Shown here in pieces: positions 50,954 to 60,048 of a stretch of DNA of 64,000 nucleotides. The stretch is from Candidatus Micrarchaeota archaeon. GTDB lineage: Archaea > Micrarchaeota > Micrarchaeia > Micrarchaeales > CABMGC01. Position 1 is the first letter of the stretch, and each line of letters opens with the position of its first letter. The translations under genes were made by a program, and so were the position numbers. The notes under the pieces were generated by a model. The model searched no databases, was not told the origin of the DNA, and saw nothing but the letters and a program-made list of their open reading frames with translations. The stretch is from positions 225,584 to 289,583 of the forward strand of contig JAJYVH010000001.1 in assembly GCA_021792095.1 (NCBI GenBank), written 5' to 3'.

Positions 50954-51118
50954 ACTAAACTTGTATCACGAAAATCTCAGCAGACGTGTTCAGATGACGC
51001 AAACACCATCTGGCATCCGCTGTGTTTTTGCGACCGCTATGCCTGTTTCTGATAGCACCAACTTTATGTACTCATGCAGTGCCAGCCTCCTGGCATCGCA
51101 GAACTCTTTTGACTTTCC

Positions 51119-51801
51119 TCAGTGCCTCAAGTCTCTGTAGTAATCCAGCGATTCTTTTGCGCATCCGCCACCGCGTTTCACCGGGCACGATTCGCATTCC
51201 ACTAAATTTGTGGCGTCCCTAAGCGAGACCACCTTGTGAAGCCTCCGTCTATCCAGTTCAAGGTGATATCTTCCGCTGGAGTTGACTATCCTTCCCACCT
51301 TCACCTGCTCCATAGGATCGTCGCAGAGGTAGAGTGAATTGCCCGGAGCAATGGACATGGTGCGCCCTTCTTAGCCACTCTGACAAGCTCATTCATTGCC
51401 TTCCTCCTGTTATCCCTGCCATACACAAGTGAGATCGGCCCGCCCAGGCAAAGCACAGCGTCAAACGTATCGCTACCGAATCTGGAGAGATCTGTTATAG
51501 TTCCCTGAGCCAGGCTCTTGATCTTCCCTTTGGTGTCAGTCTTAATTATCTCAGCCTGCGCAGCTTTCAGGTTCTCTTTAGACAGGTCAAGCAGCACAGC
51601 ATCGTAGCCCCTCATCGCGAGACTTACTGTGTATGTGCCTGTACCCCCTCCTGCGTCTAGTATGGTGCCTTTCTTCGGCAGGTACTTGTTCAGGAACCTG
51701 AATGTAGTGTCATACTCTAACCTGTGGTACGGATCCTTAGTAAGCCTCGTCATCTCATATTTCCAATATTTGGCATACAGCCTGCTTACGTCCTTTATCA
51801 C
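51119..51801 (-). pseudogene. class I SAM-dependent methyltransferase split by a 1-nt frameshift
   Basis: ORF 51301..51801 carries motif I ILDAGGGTGTYT and ...AVLCLGGPISL..., then leaves the frame after VRVAKKGAP. ORF 51119..51358 (frame offset 1) continues plausibly with (M)SIAPGNSLYLCDD... The junction is near 51355-51362. Confidence 0.5.
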
Positions 51802-51843
51802 ATTATCGTCGAGTCACTTATCACGCCATTCGCCCAACTCTCC

Positions 51844-52176
51844 CTAACCACTATGCGCCAGTTTCTCGTAGGCTTCCTTCAGGCTCCTTATGGTGCCCGA
51901 CGTCCTTATCGTCCTGAATCCTGTCTGCCTGTCGTCCAGCCTCTTTATGAATGTGAGCGCGAGCGTCAGGCTGTGCTCGTAGCCCCTGTTCAGGCTCAGT
52001 ATGAAGAACTTGTCGCTCAGCTGGGCGGCAACGCGCGCGTTCGCCCTGAAGTACTCCAGCTCTCCCATGAACTTGGCCAGTTCCCGGGCCAGCGCGTCCT
52101 CCGCGTTCCTGCTGCCGAGGTCCAGCGGCGAGCTGCTCTCCACGAGCAGATAGCGCAGCTTCCTCCTGTAAATCAT
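51844..52176 (-). CDS. RNase P protein component Pop5 (Rnp2)
   Basis: 110 aa. RRKLRYLLVE...FMGELEYFRANARVAAQLSDKFFILSLNRGYEHSLTLALTFIKRL...IRTSGTIRSL is the Pop5 pattern. 4-nt overlap with Rpp30. Confidence 0.6.
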   Translation of the reverse strand: MIYRRKLRYLLVESSSPLDLGSRNAEDALARELAKFMGELEYFRANARVAAQLSDKFFILSLNRGYEHSLTLALTFIKRLDDRQTGFRTIRTSGTIRSLKEAYEKLAHSG

Positions 52177-52688
52177 AGTGCCTCACCCAGCGCGCCTAGC
52201 GCGCGTTCCGCAACCCTGTCGCTCATGCCCAGGAGCTTTGCTATGCCGAGCATCTGCTGCGCAGACATCATGCAGTCCACGCTACCCGCCATGCTAGCTA
52301 TCGCTAGTGGCGCTTTGTGCATCATCGCCTCCCTCACTGCGCCCTTCGCCCTGCGCAGCGCCCTGCCCCTCTCTACCTCGCCCGCGCACGTTACCTGCGC
52401 CAGCGGTATGAGCAGCGGCTTGCCCATCTCCCTCAGCAGCTCGAGCTCCTTGCCGTTCAGGCTTCTTTCTGTAGCCAGGGCGGCTACCGCATCGCTGCGC
52501 CTGATCCCTCGCGACAGCGCCTCTGCGCTGCTCCCCGCCACTATCCTTTTCATCCTGCCGGGCTGCTGCGCCATGTCTTCCAGCAGCTCAACGTCGCTGC
52601 CCAGGCAGAATATGCGCCTGAAACCGAGCCTCTTTGCCGCTTCGCCTGCCATTTCCTTAGGCACGGCGACCAGGTCGAAGTAAGCCAT
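52173..52688 (-). CDS. RNase P protein component Rpp30 (Rnp3), short form
   Basis: 171 aa. YFDLVAVPKEMAGEAAKRLGFRRI... and C-terminal LAIASMAGSVDCMMSAQQMLGIAKLLGMSDRVAERAL parallel archaeal Rpp30. Adjacent to Pop5 as usual. Confidence 0.55.
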   Translation of the reverse strand: MAYFDLVAVPKEMAGEAAKRLGFRRIFCLGSDVELLEDMAQQPGRMKRIVAGSSAEALSRGIRRSDAVAALATERSLNGKELELLREMGKPLLIPLAQVTCAGEVERGRALRRAKGAVREAMMHKAPLAIASMAGSVDCMMSAQQMLGIAKLLGMSDRVAERALGALGEAL

Positions 52689-52692
52689 GGGC

Positions 52693-53928
52693 TCAGGCCT
52701 TGTCCTCGGTTGCGGCTCCAGTGCCCTTCGCCTCGTTCTCGGCGAAGAGGCTCCTCTCTATCGTCTCCTTTATCTTCTCGGCCACGTACGCGAGCTTGAT
52801 GAGCTTGGTGTGCCCCCTGATGCCCTTGCCCGACTCGTACGTGTCTATGAGCCCCTGCATCTCCAGGTCAGAGATGTACTTCCTGTACCACCTGCTGCTC
52901 TTGGGCTCCTTGCTGAGCGAGTGCGCTATGCTCGTGTACTTGTTGTACACTTCGCCGCTGAATATGTATGTGTCGTCGCCGTCCACCAGCTTCTTGTACC
53001 TGCCCCCCTGCAGCGAGAGCAGCGAGACGGCGTATAGCACCAGCTTCTGGTGCTCGGGCAGCGTGGCTATGACCTCGTACGCCACCTCCTCCTCCGCGTC
53101 CTTCTCGGCCTCCATGACCTCCTGCTCGCCCATCCTGCTCTTCCCCTCCTCCTCGGTGAGCTCTCCGGCCCTCGAGAGTATCTTGAGCGCCAGCCTCGCG
53201 TCGCCGCTCTCCTTGGCGGCTATGGCGGCCACGAGGTTGAGCACGTCGTCGCCAACCACGCCCTGCTTGAAGCCGCCCGCGGCGCGATCTTTCACTATTG
53301 CTGCAAGCTCCGTGGAGTTGTACGGCGGGAACACAAGCTCGTGCTCGTAGAGCGTGGACAGGCTCCTGGGGTCGAGCAGTTCCTTGAAATCTATCCTGTT
53401 GCTTATGCCCACTATCGTTATGCCCCCGGAGCGTATGTCGCTGTTCGCCCTTGTCAGCGTATACACGAGGTCGTCCAGGTCCTTGACCATGTCTATCTCG
53501 TCAAGTACCGCGACAAGCACCTTGCCGTCCTCCTCCACCCAGTTTATTATCTTCTCGTATATCTCAACGAGCCCGTAGCCGCGCTTCGCGAGGAAGGGCA
53601 GGTGGTCGCTTATTATCTTGCTCAGCACCCTGTATCTTGAGTTGTATATCCTGCAGTTTATGTATGATATCTTGGCCTTCGCGGCGGCCAGCGACCGCAC
53701 TTCCTCGATTACATGCCTTACGCATGAAGTCTTGCCAGTGCCCGTCTTGCCGTAGATGAACACGTTCCTGCCGCGTTCTCCCTTCAACGACGGGGCTAGT
53801 GCCTTGACTATGCTCTCCATCTGCTTGTCCCTGAAGAGCAGGTTCTGCGGCAGGTAGTGGGGCGAGAGGACTTCGCGGTTTGCGAATATCTTCGATTCCT
53901 TGAACAGCGATGCGAATCTCTCGTCCAT
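52693..53928 (-). CDS. cdc6: Orc1/Cdc6 replication initiator
   Basis: 411 aa. REVLSPHYLPQNLLFRDKQMESI, Walker A FIYGKTGTGKTS, Walker B LVAVLDEID, sensor GISN, and a C-terminal winged helix. Confidence 0.92.
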   Translation of the reverse strand: MDERFASLFKESKIFANREVLSPHYLPQNLLFRDKQMESIVKALAPSLKGERGRNVFIYGKTGTGKTSCVRHVIEEVRSLAAAKAKISYINCRIYNSRYRVLSKIISDHLPFLAKRGYGLVEIYEKIINWVEEDGKVLVAVLDEIDMVKDLDDLVYTLTRANSDIRSGGITIVGISNRIDFKELLDPRSLSTLYEHELVFPPYNSTELAAIVKDRAAGGFKQGVVGDDVLNLVAAIAAKESGDARLALKILSRAGELTEEEGKSRMGEQEVMEAEKDAEEEVAYEVIATLPEHQKLVLYAVSLLSLQGGRYKKLVDGDDTYIFSGEVYNKYTSIAHSLSKEPKSSRWYRKYISDLEMQGLIDTYESGKGIRGHTKLIKLAYVAEKIKETIERSLFAENEAKGTGAATEDKA

Positions 53929-54749
53929 CAGCGTCCCCCGTTAACCAATCTCTTTGCTATGCTTATAAACTCTTCTTTTATCTCGGCATCCTCGGCCACG
54001 GCGACCCTCCCGGAGTCGCTGAATTCGTCGAATTTCTTGTCTGCCTTCACTGTGCCGAGCACCTCACAGCGGAGCGCCCCCGCCACTACATTCGCCCCGG
54101 TGGGCGTGCCGCCCGACATATTCTCCACCACGCCGATTATGGGTACGCCTAGCCGCCTTGCCATCAGCCCTGACCTCACCGCGTTGACTGCGGCTATCTG
54201 CTGCGGCGTTGTCACTATCACGAAGCCGTCCATCTCGAGCAGCTGCATTATGGAAAGGTTGGAGTCGCTGGTCCCTGGGCTGCAGTCGAGTATCAGGTAG
54301 TCGAGCTCGCCCCAGTCGGTCGCCTCCAGGAACTCGCCCAGCATCTTCGCCACCATGGGCCCGCGCCATATTATGGGCCTCTTGGCCTCATCCACGAACA
54401 TGGCCGTGGAAATGACCTTGACGCCGTCCTTCTCCAGCGGCTTGAGCGGGTATTCGGGCTCCCCCGCCTGCCTTATGCCTAGGAAGAGGTGCAGGTTTGG
54501 GCAGTCTATGTCAGCGTCGAGCAGGCCCACCCTGTAGCCCATGTCTTTGAGCGCGAAGGCGAGGTTCACTGCTATCGTCGTCTTGCCGACGCCTCCCTTG
54601 GCGCTGTAGACGCCTATCCTGTGCTTCACTCCGGCAAGCGCCTGCTTCACGCGCTGCCTCTGCTTCACCACGTTCAGTATCGACGGGTGCGTCACGTTCA
54701 CTGTGGCGTTGCCTATTTTTGCAGTTGCGGCTCCTTCTTCACCTGGCAT
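53928..54749 (-). CDS. Mrp/NBP35-family Fe-S cluster carrier ATPase
   Basis: Deviant Walker A IGVYSAKGGVGKTTIAVNLA, LLDADIDCPN, YLILDCSPGTSD. Start assigned to ATG 54749 (MPGEEG...). The upstream part of the track ORF has no family resemblance. Confidence 0.82.
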   Translation of the reverse strand: MPGEEGAATAKIGNATVNVTHPSILNVVKQRQRVKQALAGVKHRIGVYSAKGGVGKTTIAVNLAFALKDMGYRVGLLDADIDCPNLHLFLGIRQAGEPEYPLKPLEKDGVKVISTAMFVDEAKRPIIWRGPMVAKMLGEFLEATDWGELDYLILDCSPGTSDSNLSIMQLLEMDGFVIVTTPQQIAAVNAVRSGLMARRLGVPIIGVVENMSGGTPTGANVVAGALRCEVLGTVKADKKFDEFSDSGRVAVAEDAEIKEEFISIAKRLVNGGR

Positions 54750-54925
54750 GGAATCTGCAAAAGCAGGTTTGCCAATGCAAGTATAATAATGCCTGCGTGG
54801 AAACGGCAGAAGCGCGGCGCCCTTCCCTTGACTCACGTCAAAAGCAAACCTATTTAATAACAAACCGCCAATAGCTACATTGCTTTTACGCTTCAGAGAG
54901 TAGAGTACTATTTGTCGGTGTAATT

Positions 54926-55621
54926 GTGTATCCAAACATACAAGCGTATGATAGGGGAGTGATGTTCAACCCCGACGGCAGGCTCTTCCAAGTGGAGTAC
55001 GCGAAGTCTGCAGTGACCAGGGGCGGGGCTGTCGTTGGCATGGTGACAAAGGACGGGGTTGCCTTCGTGGCGCACAAGAACGTAGACGACCCGCTAGTGG
55101 TGCCCTCTAGCATGCAGAAGGTGTTCAGGATAGATTCACACATAGGCGCTGCGTACAGCGGAATGGTGGCCGATGGCCTCCACCTCGTGGAGGAGACAAG
55201 GTCGGCAGCCCAGAGCCACAGGCTAGTTTACAACGAGGTCAAGTCGGTTGAGGCGATAGCGAAGGCGCTCTCCTCGACCATGCTGCAGGCGACGTTCTAC
55301 GGGGGCGTTAGGCCCTACGGCGTGTCGCTCCTGCTGGGCGGCATAGACAGCGAGAGGAAGCTCTTCGAGGTGGACCCGGCCGGCTCGCTGCTGGGCTACA
55401 AGGCCGATTCAATAGGTTCAGGCAAGAAGATAGCCACGGACATACTCAACAAGGAGTACAAGGACACAATAAGCACCGACGACGCTATAAATCTCGGCAT
55501 AAAGATACTGAACAAGATAAACGAGGGCAAGCTCACCGGAGACCGCGTCGACATAGGCTACATAGAGTCCGGCGGAGAGTTCTCGGTGCTTTCAGAGCAG
55601 GAGATATCGAAATATTTCTGA
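54926..55621 (+). CDS. psmA: proteasome subunit alpha
   Basis: 231 aa. QAYDRGVMFNPDGRLFQVEYAKSAV... GTG start. Confidence 0.92.
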   Translation: MYPNIQAYDRGVMFNPDGRLFQVEYAKSAVTRGGAVVGMVTKDGVAFVAHKNVDDPLVVPSSMQKVFRIDSHIGAAYSGMVADGLHLVEETRSAAQSHRLVYNEVKSVEAIAKALSSTMLQATFYGGVRPYGVSLLLGGIDSERKLFEVDPAGSLLGYKADSIGSGKKIATDILNKEYKDTISTDDAINLGIKILNKINEGKLTGDRVDIGYIESGGEFSVLSEQEISKYF

Positions 55622-55634
55622 TTTGTGAGAATTT

Positions 55635-56321
55635 ATGTCTAAGACAGTGATCGCCAAGTATGCTGCGCAGGGAGAAACCTTCGAAATCCTCGTGGATTCT
55701 GACAAGGCGTACGCCTACATAACGGGTAAGCTTCCGGACCCGCTCTCGGCACTGGAAGTGGAGGACGTATTCAGGGACGCCAACAAGGGGGACAGGCAGA
55801 GCCAGGACAAGCTGAAGAAGGTGTTCGGCACCGAGGACCTTAGCAAGATAGCCGGCGTTATACTGAAAAGCGGCAACGTGCCGCTCACCACTGAGCAGCG
55901 CAGCAGGATGCTTGAGGAGAAGAGGAAGCAGATAGTGAACATAATAGCGACCAACGCCATAGATCCGAGGACCAACGCGCCCCATCCCGCGCTTAGGATA
56001 GAGAACGCTATGAAGGAGGCCAGGGTAAACGTAGACCCGTTCAAGCCTGCCACGGAGCAGGTGGACGCCATAGTCAAGAAGCTGAGCACGCAGCTGCCCC
56101 TCAAGTTCTCCGTGGTGAAGATGGAGGTGACCATACCCGTGCAGTACGCGAACAGGTGCTACGGCCTGCTCAAGCAGTACGGGCTCAAGTCAGAGAGGTA
56201 CCTTCAGGACGGCTCGCTCCAGGCGAGCCTCGAGTTCCCGGCGGGGCTCCAGAGCGAGTTCTTCGACAAGCTCAACGGCGCCACGAAGGGTTCTGCTGTC
56301 GCTAATATAACAAGCGTATAA
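55635..56321 (+). CDS. SBDS-family ribosome maturation protein (Sdo1)
   Basis: 228 aa. [22 protein letters not shown]...[27 protein letters not shown]. Sits in the conserved position between psmA and rrp4. Confidence 0.85.
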   Translation: MSKTVIAKYAAQGETFEILVDSDKAYAYITGKLPDPLSALEVEDVFRDANKGDRQSQDKLKKVFGTEDLSKIAGVILKSGNVPLTTEQRSRMLEEKRKQIVNIIATNAIDPRTNAPHPALRIENAMKEARVNVDPFKPATEQVDAIVKKLSTQLPLKFSVVKMEVTIPVQYANRCYGLLKQYGLKSERYLQDGSLQASLEFPAGLQSEFFDKLNGATKGSAVANITSV

Positions 56322-56324
56322 AAA

Positions 56325-56993
56325 GTGTATAGAATGAGGACAATACTGCCGGGAGACAAGATATCTGACACGCCCCTGCGCGCGGAGAACACGATAGTCG
56401 AGGGCGGGAAGACGTATGCCACTGTGATTGGCATGCTGGACGAGACGAAGGGCGCTTTCATACCTCTGGAGACGGTGTGGTACCCGAGGGAGGGCGACTA
56501 CGTGATAGGCATAGTGGAGAACTCGAAGAACAGGGTGTACACTGTGTACATGGAATCGCCGTTCAGGGGCCTGATACTGCCACCCCCGAGGCCAAGGTTC
56601 AGGGACATGAGGCACGAGCACACCGAGAGGCAGGAGGTGCTGCAGATCGGGGACGTGGTCAGCGCTTTCGTAAGGGAGGTGAAGCGCGAGTCGGACCAGA
56701 TAATACTGATACTAGACAGGCCGAGGAGGCTCATGGGCGGCAAGCTCATCGACGTAAGGCCCTCCAAGGTGCCCAGGATACTGGGCAGGGCGAACACAAT
56801 GCTGACGCAGCTGCAGGACATGACGAAGAGCACGATACTCGTCGGGCTCAACGGCCTGGTCTGGCTGAAGGGAGGCAACGTGCCGCTGGCCCAGAGGGCG
56901 ATAGCCAAGATACAGGACGAGGCGCACATCAACGGGCTGACGGAGCGCATAAAGGAGATGCTCGCCGCAAACAGCGGCACAAGCGGTGCTTGA
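56325..56993 (+). CDS. rrp4: exosome RNA-binding subunit Rrp4
   Basis: 222 aa. N-domain, S1 (YPREGDYVIGIVENSKNRVYTVYMESPFRGLI), then KH (LTQLQDMTKSTILVGLNGLVWL). Confidence 0.85.
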   Translation: MYRMRTILPGDKISDTPLRAENTIVEGGKTYATVIGMLDETKGAFIPLETVWYPREGDYVIGIVENSKNRVYTVYMESPFRGLILPPPRPRFRDMRHEHTERQEVLQIGDVVSAFVREVKRESDQIILILDRPRRLMGGKLIDVRPSKVPRILGRANTMLTQLQDMTKSTILVGLNGLVWLKGGNVPLAQRAIAKIQDEAHINGLTERIKEMLAANSGTSGA

Positions 56994-57714
56994 TATGGGA
57001 GGAAGCGGAGAAAAACCACAACTGATAGTTGACGGAAAGAGGCTTGACGGGCGCGCATTCGACGAGCTCAGGCCAATAAGGATAGAGGCGGATGTGCTCA
57101 AGAACGCCGAGGGCTCGGCGTACCTGGAATGGGGCGACAACAAGGTGCTCGCAGCCGTTTACGGCCCGAAGGAGGCGCAGCCCAAGCACATTGCAGACCC
57201 GAACAGGGCGATAATAAAGTGCAGGTACCAAATGGCGCCGTTCTCGTCGCTGGAGGAGCACGGCAGGACAGGCCCCAACAGGCGCGCGATAGAGATATCC
57301 AAGGTCACCAAGGAGGTGTTCGAGAACGTGATACTGCTCGACCAGTTCCCCGGGTCGGAGATAGACATATTCGTCGAGGTGCTGCAGAGCGACGGGGGCA
57401 CGAGGGCTGCGGGCATAACTGCAGCAGCTGTAGCGCTCGCGAGCAGCGGCATACCGATGCGCGACATACCCTACGCCGTCTCGGCCGGCAGGATCGGCGA
57501 GCACATGGTGCTGGACGTCAACAAGATAGAGGACAACTACTCTGATGCTGACATGCCGGTAGCCATTGCGCCGAGGAGCGGCGACATGCTGCTGCTGCAG
57601 ATGGACGGCGCGCTCACAAAGGAGCAGGTTTCAGAAGGCCTGGCCATGGTGCGCAAGGCAGGAGAGACGATAGTGAGGGCCCAGCGCGAGGCGCTGGAGG
57701 CAAAGTATAGGTGA
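56986..57714 (+). CDS. rrp41: exosome catalytic subunit Rrp41 (RNase PH-like)
   Basis: 242 aa. GKRLDGRAFDELRPIRIEADVLKNAEGSAYLEWGDNKVLAAVYGP..., ...VLQSDGGTRAAGITAA. Confidence 0.9.
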   Translation: MLDMGGSGEKPQLIVDGKRLDGRAFDELRPIRIEADVLKNAEGSAYLEWGDNKVLAAVYGPKEAQPKHIADPNRAIIKCRYQMAPFSSLEEHGRTGPNRRAIEISKVTKEVFENVILLDQFPGSEIDIFVEVLQSDGGTRAAGITAAAVALASSGIPMRDIPYAVSAGRIGEHMVLDVNKIEDNYSDADMPVAIAPRSGDMLLLQMDGALTKEQVSEGLAMVRKAGETIVRAQREALEAKYR

Positions 57715-58499
57715 TTGTGATGCGAGAGGAAAACAGGGAATACGTGCTAGAACTCCTGGGCAAGGGCTCGAGGGAGCAGGAGCGCGGGCAGTTCGACTAC
57801 AGGGAGATAAAGATAAAGAAAGGGGTGATACCCCACGCCGAGGGCTCGGCGCAGGTCGACCTCGGCTCGACCAAGGTGCTTGTCGGGGTCAAGCTCGCGG
57901 TAGGCACGCCGATGCAGGACAAGCCCAACGAGGGCGCCCTTGCCACAGCCGCCGAGCTCCTTCCACTGGCATCCCCGGAGTATGAGATGGGCCCGCCGAG
58001 CCCCGAAGCCATAGAGCTCGCCAGGGTGGTGGACAGGGGGATAAGGGCCGCGGAGGTGGTGGACATGGACGCGCTCTTCATAGAGAAGGACAAGGTGTGG
58101 AACGTCTACACGGACATCTACATACTCAACTACGACGGCAACCTCTTCGACGCTTCGACGCTCGCTGCAACTACCGCGCTGCTCAGCGCCCGCATGCCGA
58201 GGCTCGAGGGCGAGGAGGTGATAAGGGAAGGCGCGCTCGGCAAGCTCAAGACCAAGAACATAGTGAGCTCGTGCACCTTCGCCAAGCTGAAGGGCAGGAT
58301 ACTGCTTGATTCCAACGCGGCTGAGGAGAGCATAATGGACGCCAGGGTGACAATAGCCAACGACGAGCGCGTGGTTCGCGCGATGCAGAAGGGGCTGAGC
58401 GGCTCCGTGTCGTTCAAGGAACTGGAGCAGATGGAAGACGTTGCCTTCGAGAAGTCGAAAGAGCTAAGAAACCGCATTTCCAAGGCATTGGGTGAATGA
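57711..58499 (+). CDS. rrp42: exosome subunit Rrp42 (RNase PH-like)
   Basis: 262 aa. REQERGQFDYREIKIKKGVIPHAEGSAQVDLGSTKVLVGVK... Confidence 0.88.
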   Translation: MIVMREENREYVLELLGKGSREQERGQFDYREIKIKKGVIPHAEGSAQVDLGSTKVLVGVKLAVGTPMQDKPNEGALATAAELLPLASPEYEMGPPSPEAIELARVVDRGIRAAEVVDMDALFIEKDKVWNVYTDIYILNYDGNLFDASTLAATTALLSARMPRLEGEEVIREGALGKLKTKNIVSSCTFAKLKGRILLDSNAAEESIMDARVTIANDERVVRAMQKGLSGSVSFKELEQMEDVAFEKSKELRNRISKALGE

Positions 58500-58500
58500 G

Positions 58501-58743
58501 ATGGCGAACAGGAGCATACGTTACGGGGCAAGCCTCAGGAAGAGGTATGGCGCCGTGCAGGTTCAGAAGAAGGCGCTCTACATGTGCGACGTCTGCGGCA
58601 AGGAGGCAGTAAAGAGGATAGGCACCGGCATGTGGAAGTGCAGGCACTGCGGCGCTGTGTTCGCGGGCGGAGCGTACACGCTCAAGACGGAGCCGGGCAA
58701 GGCGCTGGAGCGCATGATGCAGTCTGGGAAGGTGGGCTCATGA
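58501..58743 (+). CDS. rpl37ae: 50S ribosomal protein L37Ae (eL43)
   Basis: MANRSIRYGASLRKRY... and Zn ribbon CDVCG...CRHCG. The track start GTG 58492 is also possible. Confidence 0.88.
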   Translation: MANRSIRYGASLRKRYGAVQVQKKALYMCDVCGKEAVKRIGTGMWKCRHCGAVFAGGAYTLKTEPGKALERMMQSGKVGS

Positions 58744-59105
58744 CCAAGGTGGTGTTCTCTCCGGCACAGGAGCTCGTGGTCCACGAGGTGGTGGAGGTAA
58801 GCAAGGACGACCTGCTGCTTGAGCGCATAACGCCGAACGGCAACATGCCCCTGTACTGGTGCAACGGCCTGCTATTCAGCTTCTCCTCAGTTCCCATGAC
58901 CGAGGAGGTGGTGAAGGAGTACCTCAAGGGCAGGATACACTGGCTCGAGGTGCACTACACGAGGATGGACAAGTACACGCCGCTTATAACGTTCGAGTCT
59001 CCGGAGTACAAGTCGACCATGAACGTCAAGGTCATAGACACGAGCTTCTCCGAGATGCACATGGAGTTCGTGAAGTGGCTGAAGGACAAGGCGAAGATAA
59101 AGTGA
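58740..59105 (+). CDS. conserved-position hypothetical protein (121 aa)
   Basis: ATG 58740 overlaps the L37ae stop (ATGA). MTKVVFSPAQELVVHEVVEV...YTRMDKYTPLITFESPEY... No family recognised. The upstream part of track ORF 58584..59105 is an alternate frame of L37ae. Confidence 0.55.
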   Translation: MTKVVFSPAQELVVHEVVEVSKDDLLLERITPNGNMPLYWCNGLLFSFSSVPMTEEVVKEYLKGRIHWLEVHYTRMDKYTPLITFESPEYKSTMNVKVIDTSFSEMHMEFVKWLKDKAKIK

Positions 59106-59116
59106 GGTGTTATGCT

Positions 59117-59251
59117 ATGCCGTACATTTGTTTGCACTGCAGGAAAGAAGTGAAGGCCCTGGAGAAGAATTTCATAAGGTGCCCCTACTGCGGCTACAGG
59201 GTGCTCTCCAAGAAGAGAAGCACGCTTGCCAAGGAGGTATCGAGCAGCTAG
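59117..59251 (+). CDS. rpoP: DNA-directed RNA polymerase subunit P (Rpo12/RpoP)
   Basis: 44 aa, below the ORF cutoff (tail of track ORF 58859..59251). MPYICLHCRKEVKALEKNFIRCPYCGYRVLSKKRS, a CxxC...CxxC ribbon with the RCPYCGYR signature. Confidence 0.8.
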   Translation: MPYICLHCRKEVKALEKNFIRCPYCGYRVLSKKRSTLAKEVSSS

Positions 59252-59257
59252 CCGGCG

Positions 59258-59491
59258 TTAGTTCTTCAGCAGTATCGTGTTGCCGACTTCCCTGACGCGC
59301 TTGTACTCTACGCTGTTCTTGAACAGGCCCTTTATCACTTCGCCGGGCTCGTTGGCGTCTATCTTGCCCAGAAGCAGGTGCGACACGCTCCCCTGCTCTA
59401 GGTCTATCACAACTTCGCCCACCTCGCCGAGCCACCTGCCGGTGCCCGACATTATCTTCTTGCCGTAAAGCGAAGATATGGTAACCGTCAT
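59258..59491 (-). CDS. PRC-barrel domain protein
   Basis: 77 aa. GKKIMSGTGRWLGEVGEVVIDLEQGSVSHLLL. Paralogue of 19474..19749. Confidence 0.55.
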   Translation of the reverse strand: MTVTISSLYGKKIMSGTGRWLGEVGEVVIDLEQGSVSHLLLGKIDANEPGEVIKGLFKNSVEYKRVREVGNTILLKN

Positions 59492-60048
59492 TTGCTCTCC
59501 CCTAGTCTCAGCCTCTTAATCTTTTTGGAAGCGAATATTCTTATTACGTTCTCCTGCAGGGCATCGACGAAAGCGGCTTCGTTTTCCTCAAGTTCCGCGA
59601 GCTCCGCCTTGTCGAATAGCCCGCTCTTCCTGGCGACCATGCGCCTCAGGTAGGTGTCTCCTAGCTGGTAATACTTGGCTCCGCACGAGCCGCATACGAA
59701 GATAGGCACCACAGGCACGTTGTCTACGCCTTCCGGGACGCGGTCGTCGAGCTCGCGCGCTATGCTGCGCGACCCGCACGCATCGCACGCCGCGTTCACG
59801 CCGACCCTCTCGTACTCCTTCACCTCTGTCACGCTGAGCTCGTATCCGGTCAGGTGTTTCGAGAGCGCTCTCTCGGCATCGTTTATTTCAGACAGCACCT
59901 GCTCCAGCACCTCCCCGTCGCCTGTGAGCTCGGTTATCAGCGTGCCCTTCCTCGTGGGCTCGGCGATGCAGAACACGTTCCCGTGCCCGTCGCCGTAGAA
60001 ACAGGTGCGTATGCGCCCGTCGCCGCTCCTCCGCGCCTCAAGCATCAT
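59488..60048 (-). CDS. hypothetical Zn-ribbon protein
   Basis: 186 aa. CDACGS...(27 aa)...CGSCGAKYY four-Cys ribbon. Translationally coupled to the histone (11-nt overlap) and to the PRC-barrel gene (4-nt overlap). Confidence 0.5.
   Translation of the reverse strand: MMLEARRSGDGRIRTCFYGDGHGNVFCIAEPTRKGTLITELTGDGEVLEQVLSEINDAERALSKHLTGYELSVTEVKEYERVGVNAACDACGSRSIARELDDRVPEGVDNVPVVPIFVCGSCGAKYYQLGDTYLRRMVARKSGLFDKAELAELEENEAAFVDALQENVIRIFASKKIKRLRLGESK

Noticed and set aside
54750-54925. Possible replication origin in the mrp/psmA spacer near cdc6 (contains GTGGAAAC, reminiscent of an ORB core, and two CAAAAGCA repeats).
   Set aside because: There is only one ORB-like half-site, no repeated inverted ORB pairs and no extended AT-rich unwinding element. 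The spacer is adequately explained by two divergent promoters (GTATAATAA, CTATTTAATAA).
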